A stretch of DNA of 43,866 nt from Emiliania huxleyi CCMP1516 (lineage: Eukaryota): positions 181,074 through 224,939 of the forward strand of contig NW_005202176.1 of NCBI RefSeq assembly GCF_000372725.1, written 5' to 3'. This document shows, piece by piece, positions 33,061 through 43,866 of the stretch. Every line of letters starts with the position of its first letter. Position 1 is the first letter of the stretch. Below the pieces are notes generated by a model. The model was not told where the DNA came from and did no database searches. It saw only the letters and a list, made by a program, of their open reading frames with translations. The translations under genes and the position numbers were made by a program.

Positions 33061-33574
33061 GAGGCAGCACTCTTAGCAAGAGCACCGTTGGAGCACATGT
33101 CCTCCGTGCGAGACCGAGCCGCGACCTATCTCATTTTGAGACAGTCGGCGGCGGGGGAGGCTGCCGGTCCCGTCCCCGCCAATTTTGTTGTGATTCCTTC
33201 CGGGGCCGGAAGTTGGGCCGGAGAAGAGGGGGGGGGGGGGGGGGCGTGCGGGCCATGTGCTCGGCGCCGGTCCGCCAGTACCTGGTTGCGGTTCCCGGGC
33301 GGGGCGGCCGCGAGGGGGAGATGCGGGGGGAGAGCGGCTCTCGAGAGATCACCTTGGGAAGCGGGCGCGCGGCGTCTCCCGGGAGCCGACGCGGCGCACC
33401 CCCACCCGGCACCCCCGCACCGTTGAGCGTTGTGTGGCAAATGTAAGTGTGCGCGCGCGCGGGGAGCAAGAAAGTGTGGAGAACGCCGTGCTTTTTGAAC
33501 GGACTTCGTACACCGAGCAGCAGGGAGCGCAACTCGAGATCCCTCGAGAGTCGGCTGTGGGGCTACCCTCCCCG

Positions 33575-34636
33575 ATGTTGTACAGCCCGGCACTGCTTGC
33601 GCTCGTGCATCTGCCAACCGCGCTCGCGCTTCGGCCCACCGCAGCGCGGCGTGCCGTCCTGCCGGCGATCGTGTGCCTGCCGCACCAGGCGGCGTCCGCT
33701 GCCAGCGCCACGTTCGACTTTGGCTATCGCTTTGAGCGGGCTCTAGATCCGGAGAAGCGAGGCCCAGCGACCGACGAGGGTCTGCCGATGGAGGAGGAGA
33801 GGGAGGACGGCATAAGCCTGCTCGACGCGATGTGCAATCCGGCGCCGCCCGGTCAGGAGTCGGCCGAGCCGCAGGCCGCAGCTCCATCCCCTCCCCAGCA
33901 GGCCGCCGCTGCTGCGGGAGGCTCCTCCCGCGCTGGGTCGGTGCGCATGGCCGCGGTGGCCGTACTACCGGACCTGTGCGTCTTCGACCTGGACGCCTGC
34001 CTGTGGGACAAGGAGATGTTTGAGATGGTGCAGGTGCCGGAGCCGGGACGCGACGAGGTCCGAGGCGACCTCAACGGGCGAGGCGAGGGCGTCGTTGGCG
34101 TGCTGAGCGGCGGCGACCGGATCAGCCTGCACCGGGGCGCGCTCATCGCGCTGCAGGAGCACGCCGACGGCAACTTCCCCGGCATGCGGGTGGCTCTCGC
34201 GTCGTCCGCGAATACGCGCTTTGCGGAGCGGGTGGGGCGCGCCGCGCTTGGCATGCTCGAGGTGCTGCCGGGGGTGAGCGTGTGGAGCCTGCTCATGCGC
34301 GACTGGGACGGGCGCGACGTCAACATGATTGGGAGGCAGGCCCCGCTGTCGCCGCAAAAGTGGGCGACCCACTTCCCGCTGCTGCGCGAGGCGACGGGCG
34401 TGCGGTTCGACCGGATGCTCTTCTTCGACGACTGCAACTGGGGCGACCACGTGGGGCAGGTGACAGGGCGCTGCAAGGAGGCCGACACGCAGCAGGGCGT
34501 GATCGGAGTGCGCACGCCCCAAGGGCTCGGCGAGAGCGAGTTCCGAGAGGGCTTGCGCTTATTTGCGGCGAGGCGTGCCCCCCAGCCGGATGGCGGAGCG
34601 GCCACGGCGGACAGGCACGGAGAGGCAGGCGACTGA
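33575..34636 (+). CDS. Magnesium-dependent phosphatase 1-like HAD phosphatase with N-terminal targeting leader
   Basis: Motif I VFDLDACLW, motif II VALASS, K..HF, motif IV MLFFDD. Leader MLYSPALLALVHLPTALALRP. Confidence 0.85.
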   Translation: MLYSPALLALVHLPTALALRPTAARRAVLPAIVCLPHQAASAASATFDFGYRFERALDPEKRGPATDEGLPMEEEREDGISLLDAMCNPAPPGQESAEPQAAAPSPPQQAAAAAGGSSRAGSVRMAAVAVLPDLCVFDLDACLWDKEMFEMVQVPEPGRDEVRGDLNGRGEGVVGVLSGGDRISLHRGALIALQEHADGNFPGMRVALASSANTRFAERVGRAALGMLEVLPGVSVWSLLMRDWDGRDVNMIGRQAPLSPQKWATHFPLLREATGVRFDRMLFFDDCNWGDHVGQVTGRCKEADTQQGVIGVRTPQGLGESEFREGLRLFAARRAPQPDGGAATADRHGEAGD

Positions 34637-35075
34637 GAGAGAGCTTTTTGTGATATACCACGCCTGGTGGTGCCTGGTGGTGTAGATTGTATTGTGTAGC
34701 ATTGTACGTACTGTAATCTGTATTTGGGAGGTACTAAACCGTGTTGACAAGGCCTGTTGAGCGGCGGTGTACACGAGTCACGAGAGGAGCCGCGGGGGCC
34801 GGGCGTGCCGTCGACGGCGCGGAAACCGCGTCACTAGACACACTAGTCACTACTCGTCGCGACGCCGACGGAGAGACACACACTAGTCACTACACACAGA
34901 GACGAGAGAGAAGCAGCAGAACATGCAGCAGAACCAGAAGAACCGTGAAAACGCGGCGCGATTAATGAACAGAATGCGATTAGAGCGCAATCGTGCGCCG
35001 CGCCGAAGCGCGTCCGCGAGCCGCCAGGTAACAAGGGAGGTTAGCGACTCGACGATTCCACACCCTTTGTGGACA

Positions 35076-35976
35076 TCAGTGGTTGACCATTCCGCCGTCG
35101 GCAGTCACCACCACCCCGGTCACGTAGCTGGATGCGTCGCTGGAGAGAAAAGTCACCGGCCCCGCCATCTCCCACGGCTCGGCGATGCGGCCCATCGGCA
35201 CGCTCTTCTCGATAATGAACTTCCTCGCCAGCCAGCGAGGGTCGTCCTCGGCCAGACCACCGCGCAGCATCGGCGTATTGACCGGACCGGGGGCGAGGAC
35301 ATTGACGCGAATCCCCTTCCCAGCATAGTGGGATGCCGCCTGCTTGGAGAAGCCAATCTCGCCCCACTTTGACGTGGTGTAGGCTGGCCCGCAGAAGGCC
35401 GCCTCGCCGCAGACGCTGGCGACGTTGACGATTGCGAGCGTCGAGCCTTTGCTTGCCGCCTTGAGCCAGAGCGCTATCTGGGCGTGCATACACAACAGGG
35501 TGCCCTTGACGTTGACCGACATTTCGAGCGAGTGGTTGAAGTAGGATGGGAAGTCGTCGTCGCCGATCTGGTGGAGGCCAGCCGCTCGTGGTGGGCCAGC
35601 CGGCGTTATTGACTGCCACATCCAGCGAGCCAAAGGCATCCATTGTGCTTGCGACTGCTGTCTCAACGCTGCTCAGCTCTCGGACGTCAATCGCAAGCCA
35701 CTTGAGCGCGGGCGCCGGCTTATCCGACGGGCAGCCGAGCGGCGCCGGCAGCGCTGTGAGATTCGCCGCAGCCGCTCGCGTCTTCTCCTCATCGTGACCG
35801 ATCATCATGACCCGGGCGCACTCATAGTAGAAGGCCTCGACAGCAGCAAGACCAATGCCTGAGTCGCCGCCGGTCACAAGGACGGATTTCCCGGAAAAAC
35901 GCGGCGCGCCCCAGTGCTTCGGGGCCACCGTCGCAGCGGCGACCGTCGGCAGTGAGAGCACAGAGAATGCGAGCAT
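35076..35976 (-). CDS. Short-chain dehydrogenase/reductase with signal peptide; apparent frameshift after NNAG
   Basis: TGGDSGIG and LDVAVNNAG lie in one frame. IVNVAS, YTTSK, IRVNVLAPG, PMGRIAEP and ASSYVTG..ADGG lie in another; the shift is near 35580-35600. Confidence 0.85.
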
Positions 35977-36582
35977 CGATCGAAAGGACACGTCGAGAAT
36001 TTCTTTTGCTTTTTGAGCTAGCCTTCCTCTCGGTCCCACGGCAATAGCTTTTTTTGTTTTTTGAAGGCACACCCCAGCAAGGAATTCTTGCTGCGACTAC
36101 CCAAGCCTCTTCGCCACTTCGCGCCCGGCCAGGCACGACGGAGGCGCCCGGGCAGCCACGAGGTCGGCCATGAAGCCGGTGCACGTCCAGCTAGGCCTCG
36201 CTGTGCTTGGGGTGCCGCTGGTGCCGATTGCTTCAGTCCGACAGCGTGCTTCAGCGAGCCAAACCCCGACCGCCGCTCCCGCCTGCTCACAGATACTCTT
36301 CATCTGGAAGCCGGACGCCAAGTGGCCGAATCCATTCTCGCTGAGGCCGCCCGCGCAGAAGGAGTGATCGCGCGCTGCAGCCAACTGGCGCAGCGCAGCT
36401 CTTCTTGCACGCGTGTGCTCTCGATCAACTTAATAGTTTCAACACGCAGCTGTGCGCCTGCCATGTGCGCGCAATGGTACAAAAACCTGTGGCCGCTTTG
36501 GCTGCACGTCGTCTAGCCCGCACAGCAGAGCCTCAGCCAGACACCCCACAGCACACCCCGGCGCGGCACACGCCGCTCCTCG

Positions 36583-37375
36583 CCCGCAGCAAAACTGGCC
36601 CCAGGTTTTTGGGCTCGGGGGTATACCCAAACTGATCGTGAAAACTCATAGCACGAATTGGTTTCGTTGCGAAGCATAACTCATAAGAGTCCCTCTGAAG
36701 TTTGCGCCCGGAGGCGCCTCTTTTTGCTCGCCCCCTCCGCTCAACGGCCGTCGCGCGTCGTCCTGCCTTGCCGTCGCTGGGCGACTCGGAGCGCGATCGC
36801 CGCTCACGGTCCCAGCCCCGGCCGCGCTGCCCTGGCTCCGCGGCGTCGCGCTCGACCTTCCTCCCTACCAGCTGGTCGGCGCCCCGAGAGCCCGCACCTG
36901 AGAGCTCGCTGCTCGGGCGGAGCAGACCTCGAACGAGCGCGAGGCGGCCGTCGAGGCGGAGCATGTGCGGCCGCGCGTGTACGCCCCGTACACGCGCGGC
37001 CGCACGTGCGCGGACCGGTGCGGGAAGTCGCCTGGCTGCCTGGCCGGCTCGGCCGTTTAAATTCCTCTCGCACTCGGCGGCTGCCCAGCGAGCTCAAAGT
37101 GCAGATCGGCACGTCGCTCGTGGCCGGAACGCGTCGCCACGGAGGCGCGCAGTTCGTGGCCACCGGCGCGAGCTCAGCGACCCAGGCATTCGCGCTCGGC
37201 TAGCAGGCGCCGCTCTGCGAACGAGCGCGCTAACTCCCATTGCGCGGAGATACACACGAGAACCGAAATCGAGACCGGAAATGACGTACGTCCTAGGACG
37301 GCCGACTATGAAAATGAAACCTATGCTTGGCGACGAAACCGAAGCCCAAAAACCTGGGGCCAGTTTTGCTGCGGG
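36583..37375. mobile_element. Non-autonomous TIR element, 793 bp, with perfect 33-bp TIRs
   Basis: cccgcagcaaaactggccccaggtttttgggct at 36583-36615 and its exact reverse complement at 37343-37375; no transposase ORF inside. Confidence 0.75.
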
Positions 37376-37421
37376 GGACCCGTCGCTCGCGGCGGATTCC
37401 ACACATCTCGCTGTGCTATCT

Positions 37422-38543
37422 CTAGGAGTAGAAGGCCCGCCGCCCCGCGCGTTGCGAGAGCCATCCATTGCCGAGGGAGAGGGCGATAAAGGCAGTGACG
37501 AGCAGCATCGCCAGCGGGACCGCTATCAGCAGCAAGTCGCCCATCGGGTTGACGTGCCCGAGCGATGCGCGATAATCGGCCACGCGCCTCAGGCGCGTCA
37601 GCGCCTCCACCGCCGCCCCCGCGCGCTCCAAATCGGCGACGCCTAAGGGGATCACACGCCGCTCTTAAGCCGCGAGCCAAGGCGGGCGCCGGGGGCGAGC
37701 GCCCTCGCCGGCGTGGCTGATGAGCTGCCGCTTGGGCCAGGAGCGCCGCTCCTGTAAAGGGCCGGCCGGGTGAGGCGTTTTGGCGTGCGCAGCCGCGACA
37801 GAGACCGCCGGCCGCGCGCCTCCAGCACCGCGGGCATGTGGGACAAGAGCTCGTCCAAGCTGCCACACGCAGCCAGGGTCGCCGTCCGCTGTATGCTGCA
37901 TGCCCACACCGCCGCACGCAGCAGGACCTGTGGCGGGTGGTGGCCGTGTGGGAGACGGGCGGAGCGCACGAGTGGGTTGGGGCGGGGCCTTGACGGCGAG
38001 ATGCTCTCGGCTGCTGCGAGCGCTAGGCGAGCGCAAAGCCCACCTCGTATCCCGTCGGGTCGCCGGACATGGCCAAGCCCTCAGGAGGGAGAGGCCTGGC
38101 ATCGTGGCCGCGCGGCCGGCCCGTTGTGCGAGCCTTATTCTCCTTGTGCCGCCGTGCCTCTCCCTTTCGGTGCTCCTCGCGCTTCTGCTCCTCCTGCAGA
38201 CAACGCAGGGCAGTCGCGGTCGGCGTGGCCGGGACTTGGACTGAGCGGGAGACGGTGGCAGGGCTCTCACCCTGGGAGGCTGCTGGACCGGCTCTGGCTC
38301 CTGCAAATCGTGGACGATGTACGTCTCGGAGCTGCGGTGGACCTCCTCAGCCGGGACTGGCTCCGGTTCCTCCTGCAGGTCGTGGACGGTGTACCGTGCG
38401 GAGGCGCGGTGGACCTCGGCAGCCAGGCTGGAGGCGTCCAAAGTCCCGGGCTGGAAGCCCTCCTCCTGGAGCACCGACTGCCGCGGCTCCTCCTCCTCCT
38501 CCTTGAGCCGCGATGCGTTCGGCGGCGCGTCCAGTCCAGTCAT
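37422..38543 (-). CDS. Hypothetical spliced protein with internal duplication and C-terminal TM helix
   Basis: ATG at 38543; duplicated EVHR.S..Y.VHDLQE.PEPV; terminal exon LLLIAVPLAMLLVTAFIALSL. Exon joins not resolved. Confidence 0.4.
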
Positions 38544-40120
38544 ATGTTATGTACGTCGTTCGCGGGAGAGGGGCACGCGCGGCGGGCGGTCATCTCGGAT
38601 TGAGTTTTCATTTCACTTCTCGCTCCAAATTCGGGTCGGAGCGAGCGGGCAGTGGGCCCCGAGTTTGAAAAGGGGGCTACGGACGCTTGCGTCCTAGCCT
38701 CCAACAACGCCTCCCCGGCGCAGAGGGGCCCCCGGAGGGATCGAGGGATGCTCAACCGCTCCACGCCACGCGCGGTCCTATTCCCAGCTCCGCTGACCAC
38801 ACAGGGATTTTAAGGGGGGGGCCGTGCTTCTTTTTTCTCCGCATGCCCTGTCCGATCCACCCCTCTGGCCATCCCCTCTGGCCATCCCCTCTGGCCACCT
38901 CCTGACCTCCTCTGGCCATCCCTCCTCCCATCTCTTCAGTTCACTCGTGATGCGCGCGAGCCGCGTGGGTTAAGTACGGCCGTGGTTTACTCGTCGGCTT
39001 GGGCCGGCCGAGATGGCCGGCTCATGGGCGCGGCCGTTGGAACTGACTGCGTTGGAACAGGCGGCGGCCCCGAGAAGTACCGGTGCGCGGTGGCGGGGTC
39101 TTGCACGAGCAAGTGGCAGGGTCCCAATACATAGGGGCATCACAGATGGCAGCGACATCAAGAAAGAAAGAAAGAAAACGGACAACCCAAGGGAGGGATG
39201 GGAGGACGGCACGCCGCCACCACACAGGGATTTTAAGGAGAGGGGTGTGGTGCGCTAGCCGTGCGTCGCCCACCCTTGGGCGTCCGCCTCTTCCTAGATC
39301 TCTCTTCGCAGTCTCTCGCCGATTCTCGCTGCAACCTTCATGCCACCTCGCGGTCGTCCCACCCTCGTCGTTCTTTCCCTTGTCGCTTCTTCTTCTGTCG
39401 CGTCGCTCTCCTCTGCCTCGTTCTGCGACGCCGCCGCCGCCTGCCTGTCCCTTGTTCTCGCTGCTTCTTGCGCCTTTCGGCGCAGCTCCGTCCTCCTCGC
39501 TGCATATCCTGGCCCCTCGAGTCTATCGAGCTCTCCTCGAGCAAGGACGAGTCTACTTCTGACGCGCCCACAGCCCACTGCGATCATTTGCCACCCAGTC
39601 ATGTCGTTGCTCAGGTCCACTCTCTCTTCGAACACTTGTGCCTTCACTGATGATGCCGGCGCTGGGGTCCCCTTCGGGTGCATCGTGACATCTGACAACT
39701 GGATTTCCACTGGTTCGTCCTCCTCGCACCTCGGAGTCATCTTCCCCCTCTTCCTTCCGCTCGGTTCTACGTTCAGTACGTTCGGCGTGGCTCACCCTCC
39801 ATGCCGTGAACAGGCGCTTTATCCACCCTATATTCTTCTCTCGTTCCTCTGCCCGTGCCTTGTAAATAAATAAATAAAACGGGCACGCCAAACAGGGGTG
39901 GGAGAAGGACAGGCTCAGGGTCCCCACCTGCACGAGCAGGATCTTGTAAGGACGATCAGGGACACAGGGGAAGGGGAGCGGGGAGCGCATCGCGACACGG
40001 AGGGGGGCTGGGCAGGGTTCACCCACACGACCCTTGGTCTTGTCATCAAGACAAACAATTTTTTTGGAACCATCGAACGAACCTTGTCGAGGTCGACAGA
40101 TCCAAAAGGAGACGCTGAGC

Positions 40121-41800
40121 ATGATGCTCTTCACCGTGGCGACCAGCGCCCTCGTGGCGCCACTTCCGGTGGCGCACGGCCGCGCCGTGGCCTCCACGGC
40201 CGTCGTGGGCCACCCGGCGGTCGCCCGCTCTGCGCAGCCTGTCATGATCCTGCCGCCGACCGTTCGCGGTGCGGTGGTTGGCGGCGCTGCCGTCGGCCTT
40301 GTCAAGACGCTCCTCGACCGCAAGGGTGCCTCGGCGGCCAAGGTTGGCGATGGCGACGTGACCGAGGCGGAGGTCGTCGCCGCGCAGAAGCTCTGGGCCG
40401 ACTCGATCGCCTCCATCTCCAAGGTGTACGCCGAGGAGGGCGACTTCGTCGCGGCGGCGGGCGAGGCGGCTGGCAAGCTGTACGGCTACGGCCACGGCAA
40501 TGTGCTGTTCAAGCCAACCAAGGCGACGGACCACCCGTTCCGCGCCACCGGCGAGGAGGCGATGTCGTACTTTGTCGGCGCCGAGGCGATGAAGAATGAC
40601 GCCTTCAAGGGCGAGGACGCCGGCTTTGCGATTAACGGCGGCCGCGGCTGGAAGGACGTCACGTTCCGCAACCACCAGATCGAGCTCTTCGGCCCGGTGG
40701 CGCACGCGATGGGCGACTACGTCTTCACCGACGCGACCTCGGGCGACAAGGTGCGCGTCGAGTACACCTTCGGCTACAAGCGGTGCGAGGATGGCAACGT
40801 GCGCATCTGCCTGCACCACTCGTCGGTGCCGTACGTTGCGGCGCCGGCGGCGGTGACGGAGGCGGAGGTGCTGGCGGCGCAGAAGCTCTGGGCGGACTCG
40901 ATCGCCTCCATCTCCAAGGTGTACGCCGAGGAGGGCGACTTCGTCGCGGCGGCGGGCGAGGCGGCGGGCAAGCTGTACGGCTACGGCCACACCGACGTGC
41001 TCTTCAAGCCGACCAAGGCGACGGAGCACCCGTTCCGCCCGACGGCGGAGGACGCGATGTCGTACTTTGTCGGCGCCGAGGCGATGAAGAACAACAAGTT
41101 CAAGGGCGAGGACGCCGGCTTCGCGATTAACGGCGGCAAGGGCTGGAAGGACGTCACGTTCCGCAACCACCAGATCGACCTCAACGGCGCGACTGCGCAG
41201 GCGAGGGGCGCGGAGCGGGGGAGAGAGGGAGAGGGAGGGTCGAGAGAGACGGAGCCCGCGCCCGGCACCGCCCGACCCCCCCCCCCCCCCTCCCTTCCCG
41301 GCTTCACCGCCGCCTCTGCTGCCACCAGGCGATGGNNNNNNNNNNNNNNNNNNNNNNNNNNNNNNNNNNNNNNNNNNNNNNNNNNNNNNNNNNNNNNNNN
41401 NNNNNNNNNNNNNNNNNNNNNNNNNNNNNNNNNNNAATAGTAAAGTAGATAAAGAAAAGGATGAGAAGAGTGAATAGATTATAAAGAAAAAAGAGGGGGA
41501 TAGAGAGTGATTTGAGGAAATAAGTGAAGTGGAAAGGTAATGAATGAGATGAAAAAGCGGAAAAAAAAGGAAGGAAAAACAGAAAAGGAAGGAGGAGGAG
41601 CAAGAGGAAGAACCCCCCCCCCCCTCCCTTCCCGCCTTCACCGCCGCCTCTGCTGCCACCAGGCGATGGGCGACTACGTCTTCACTGACGCGACCTCGGG
41701 CGACAAGGTGCGCGTCGAGTACACCTTCGGCTACAAGCGGTGCGGCGACGGCGACGTGCGCATCTACCTCCACCACTCGTCGGTGCCGTACGCGGCGTAA
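40121..41800 (+). CDS. Iota-class carbonic anhydrase (LCIP63/COG4875-like), two tandem domains, plastid-type leader
   Basis: Two near-identical domains VTEAEV.AAQKLW..LFKPTKA..YFVG..EDAGFAIN..MGDYVF..VEYTFGY..I.LHHSSVPY, each with the HHSS motif. GC-donor intron from 41201 spans the gap. Confidence 0.88.
41336..41435. other. Assembly gap (100 N)
   Basis: Run of N. Confidence 1.
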
Positions 41801-42333
41801 GCGCCGCCCACATCGGCGCGCGCGAGGGGCTGCCTTGCCGGTAGGGCGTGGCCGGTCCCCGCCCCGGTCCCTTTCCATCTCCGCCTCCCATGTGCATGGT
41901 CGCGAGCAGATTCCCACCGCAGAGGACGATCAGTCGGCGCACAGTCTGTCCTGCCCAAGTCGCTTCTAGGGCGACGCGGGAGGACGGCGTTCCTGCCTTC
42001 TGGGGTATTCAGACTTCTAGCTCGAACTAGCGAAGTAGGCGGTCCCGAGAAAGAAAGAAAAAGAGTCAAAAGACAACGCAAAAGAGGGATGGGAGGACGA
42101 CGGCACGCCGCCACCAGCACCACACAGCACACAGCTCACAGGGATTTTCAATTTTAAAGTAGGTGGCGCCCCCAAGCTGCAGAAATATCCCGCGGTTTCT
42201 TTGTTTCACAACCGTACCTGTGTTAGTGCCAGTGCGCGCCAGTCCCGTGCTAGAGTTGTGCCAGCCAGAGTTTTCTTTGTTTTCCCCACTGGGTTGTCCG
42301 AGGGTCGAGAGAGCCTCTGGTGGGTCGGTCTCC

Positions 42334-43866
42334 ATGTCCCGCTACTGGCCCGAGCCGAGCGACGTCCGCAGGTCGAACGAGTCGGCTGCGGCCGCCGGCG
42401 CGCTCGCATCGCCGCCGAAGGGCTGGCCGGGCTGCTTCTCCTCCAATGCGGCGCTCAAGGCGTTCATGGGCAAAAAGGCGCTGAACGGGAAGCGCGTGCG
42501 CCTCACGGGCACACCGTCAGCGGAGGACGCGTCCAAGGCGAGCGCGGTGACGATCGAGCCCGATGATCCCTTCGGCAACGCAGAGCGCGTGCAGGCCGCG
42601 CTCGGGTGGGCGATTGTGAAGGGGTTTGTCGTCTACGAGTGCGCCGACCAGGCTGAGGGCACTTCGTTCGTGGCGCACTTGCGATGGTGGAACGCGCGGG
42701 AGTCCGGCGTGTGGGTCGACTTCACGCCGCGCCCGGCCGACGCGCAGCAGATGGTGCTCCTCGAGTCGGCGCACGCCGAGGCCAAGACCAAGAAGGAGGC
42801 GTCGGCCGCAACAGCAGAGGCGGCTGCAGCGCGGCTCGCACTCGGAGGCTTTCTCACGCAGGCGGTGCGACGCGGCTGGCGGGCAGACACCCCCGCCCCC
42901 GCACGGGCGAGACCCAACCCCTCGTCCGCTCTCCCGAAGGCGAACGGCAAGCCCGCGCCTCCGGATGCCAAGGCGCCCAAGCAGCAGTCTGCGCCGCCGC
43001 CGCCGCCGCCGAGGCTAGACTTCAAAGGGGCGGAGGGCGTGGAGGAGCTGGCAACGCCGCTGCGGCAGCGTTTCCCCCCCGCCCCCTCGCAGTAGCGTCA
43101 CCCGCCTCCCCCCCCTCGAGAGCAGGTGCTCTTGCTGCGGCGCGGCACGGCGGAGGCGCAAGGGAAGGCTGCTGCGGCCATTGCAGCGGCGGCGGCGGCG
43201 GGCGCAGACGAGGCGAGGCAGGTGGTGGGTGCGGGCGGGGTGGCGCCGCTGCTGCTGCTGCTGCGTGCCAAGGGCGATGCGCAGGAGCACGCGGCGCGCG
43301 CCATCATGTCCATGGTGGGCTCAGCCCGCACGCCGCCGCTCTCTCCCCTCTCTTGCCCCACCGCGCTCTTGCCCACCGCGCTCTTGCCCCACCGCTCTCC
43401 TGCCCACCGCGAGCGCCCCCGCCCCCCTCTCCCCCGCAGGCCGACTCGCCGGAGCACCAAGCTTCGCTCAGCGCGGCGGGCGCGATCCCCGCGGCGGTCG
43501 GCCTCCTCCGCTCCGGCTCGCTCGGCGTCCAGGACGTCGCGGCCGGCATCCTCGGCAACCTCGCCATCCAGAGCGAGCCGAATGAAGTGGGGTATTAATT
43601 CATCACTACTTGATTACTTAATTAGGCAACCTCGCCATCCAGAGCGAGCCGAATTCAGTGGGGTATTAGTTCATCACTACTTGATTACGTAATTAGGCAA
43701 CCTCGCCATCCAGAGCGAGCCGAACCAGACCGCCATCGTCGCTGCCGGCGCGCTGCCTGGCCTCGTGTCGCTCCTCGCGAAAGGTCGCCGCGGCCTCGGC
43801 CCTCCCCCCTCTCCGCCTCCTCGCCCGCGGCTTGTCCTGCCCTGCCCCGCCGCCCCTCGCCGCGCC
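42334..43866 (+). CDS. Armadillo-repeat protein with unassigned N-terminal domain; multi-exon, continues beyond the right edge
   Basis: ARM repeats: AGGVAPLLLLL..QEHAARAI, AGAIPAAVGLLRSGSLGVQDVAAGILGNLA..NQTAIVAAGALPGLVSLL. ATG at 42334. Confidence 0.75.
43554..43724. repeat. 71-bp tandem duplication spanning an exon start
   Basis: ggcaacctcgccatccagagcgagccgaa occurs three times (43554, 43625, 43696), separated by two near-identical AT-rich spacers. Confidence 0.9.

Noticed and set aside
39083..39873. ORFs such as 39294-39740 (-)
   Set aside because: No recognisable motifs, non-ATG ORF start and weak coding signal; cannot support a gene call.
43554..43724. Repeat-spacer-repeat pattern resembling a mini CRISPR
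   Set aside because: The spacers are near-identical to each other and the repeat is exon coding sequence.
1..43866. tRNA, rRNA or autonomous transposase/reverse transcriptase genes
   Set aside because: None recognised by eye; a covariance-model or HMM search would be needed to exclude them.

Overview
GC-rich, intron-containing eukaryotic DNA, most consistent with a haptophyte alga such as Emiliania (Gephyrocapsa) huxleyi. This is inferred from the very high GC, frequent GC-AG introns, 10-11-bp intronic minisatellites, bipartite plastid-type leaders and a ciliary B9 gene. It is a draft assembly with three 100-N gaps. About 20 protein genes can be reconstructed by manual splicing. Recognisable ones are a GMC oxidoreductase (runs off the left edge), CCDC12/Cwf18, an intronless ankyrin-RLK/Pelle-like kinase-RING protein, a GLTP-domain protein, an enoyl-CoA hydratase and a zinc-knuckle/TrmY-like SPOUT methyltransferase fusion. 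Further right are a leader-bearing cyanase, plastid Era, B9D1, a GNAT-like protein, a HET-like/MORN protein, an MDP-1-type phosphatase, a frameshifted SDR, a two-domain iota-class carbonic anhydrase and an ARM-repeat protein (runs off the right edge). Several genes remain unknown. Non-coding structure includes three TIR-bounded MITE-like elements, short dispersed repeats near gene 5' ends, and many introns that contain copies of their own exon junctions. The most interesting candidates are two immunity-like multidomain proteins, the eukaryotic TrmY fusion, a plastid cyanase/iota-CA pair, and signs of intron creation or expansion by junction duplication. All family calls come from motif recognition by eye; no searches were run.
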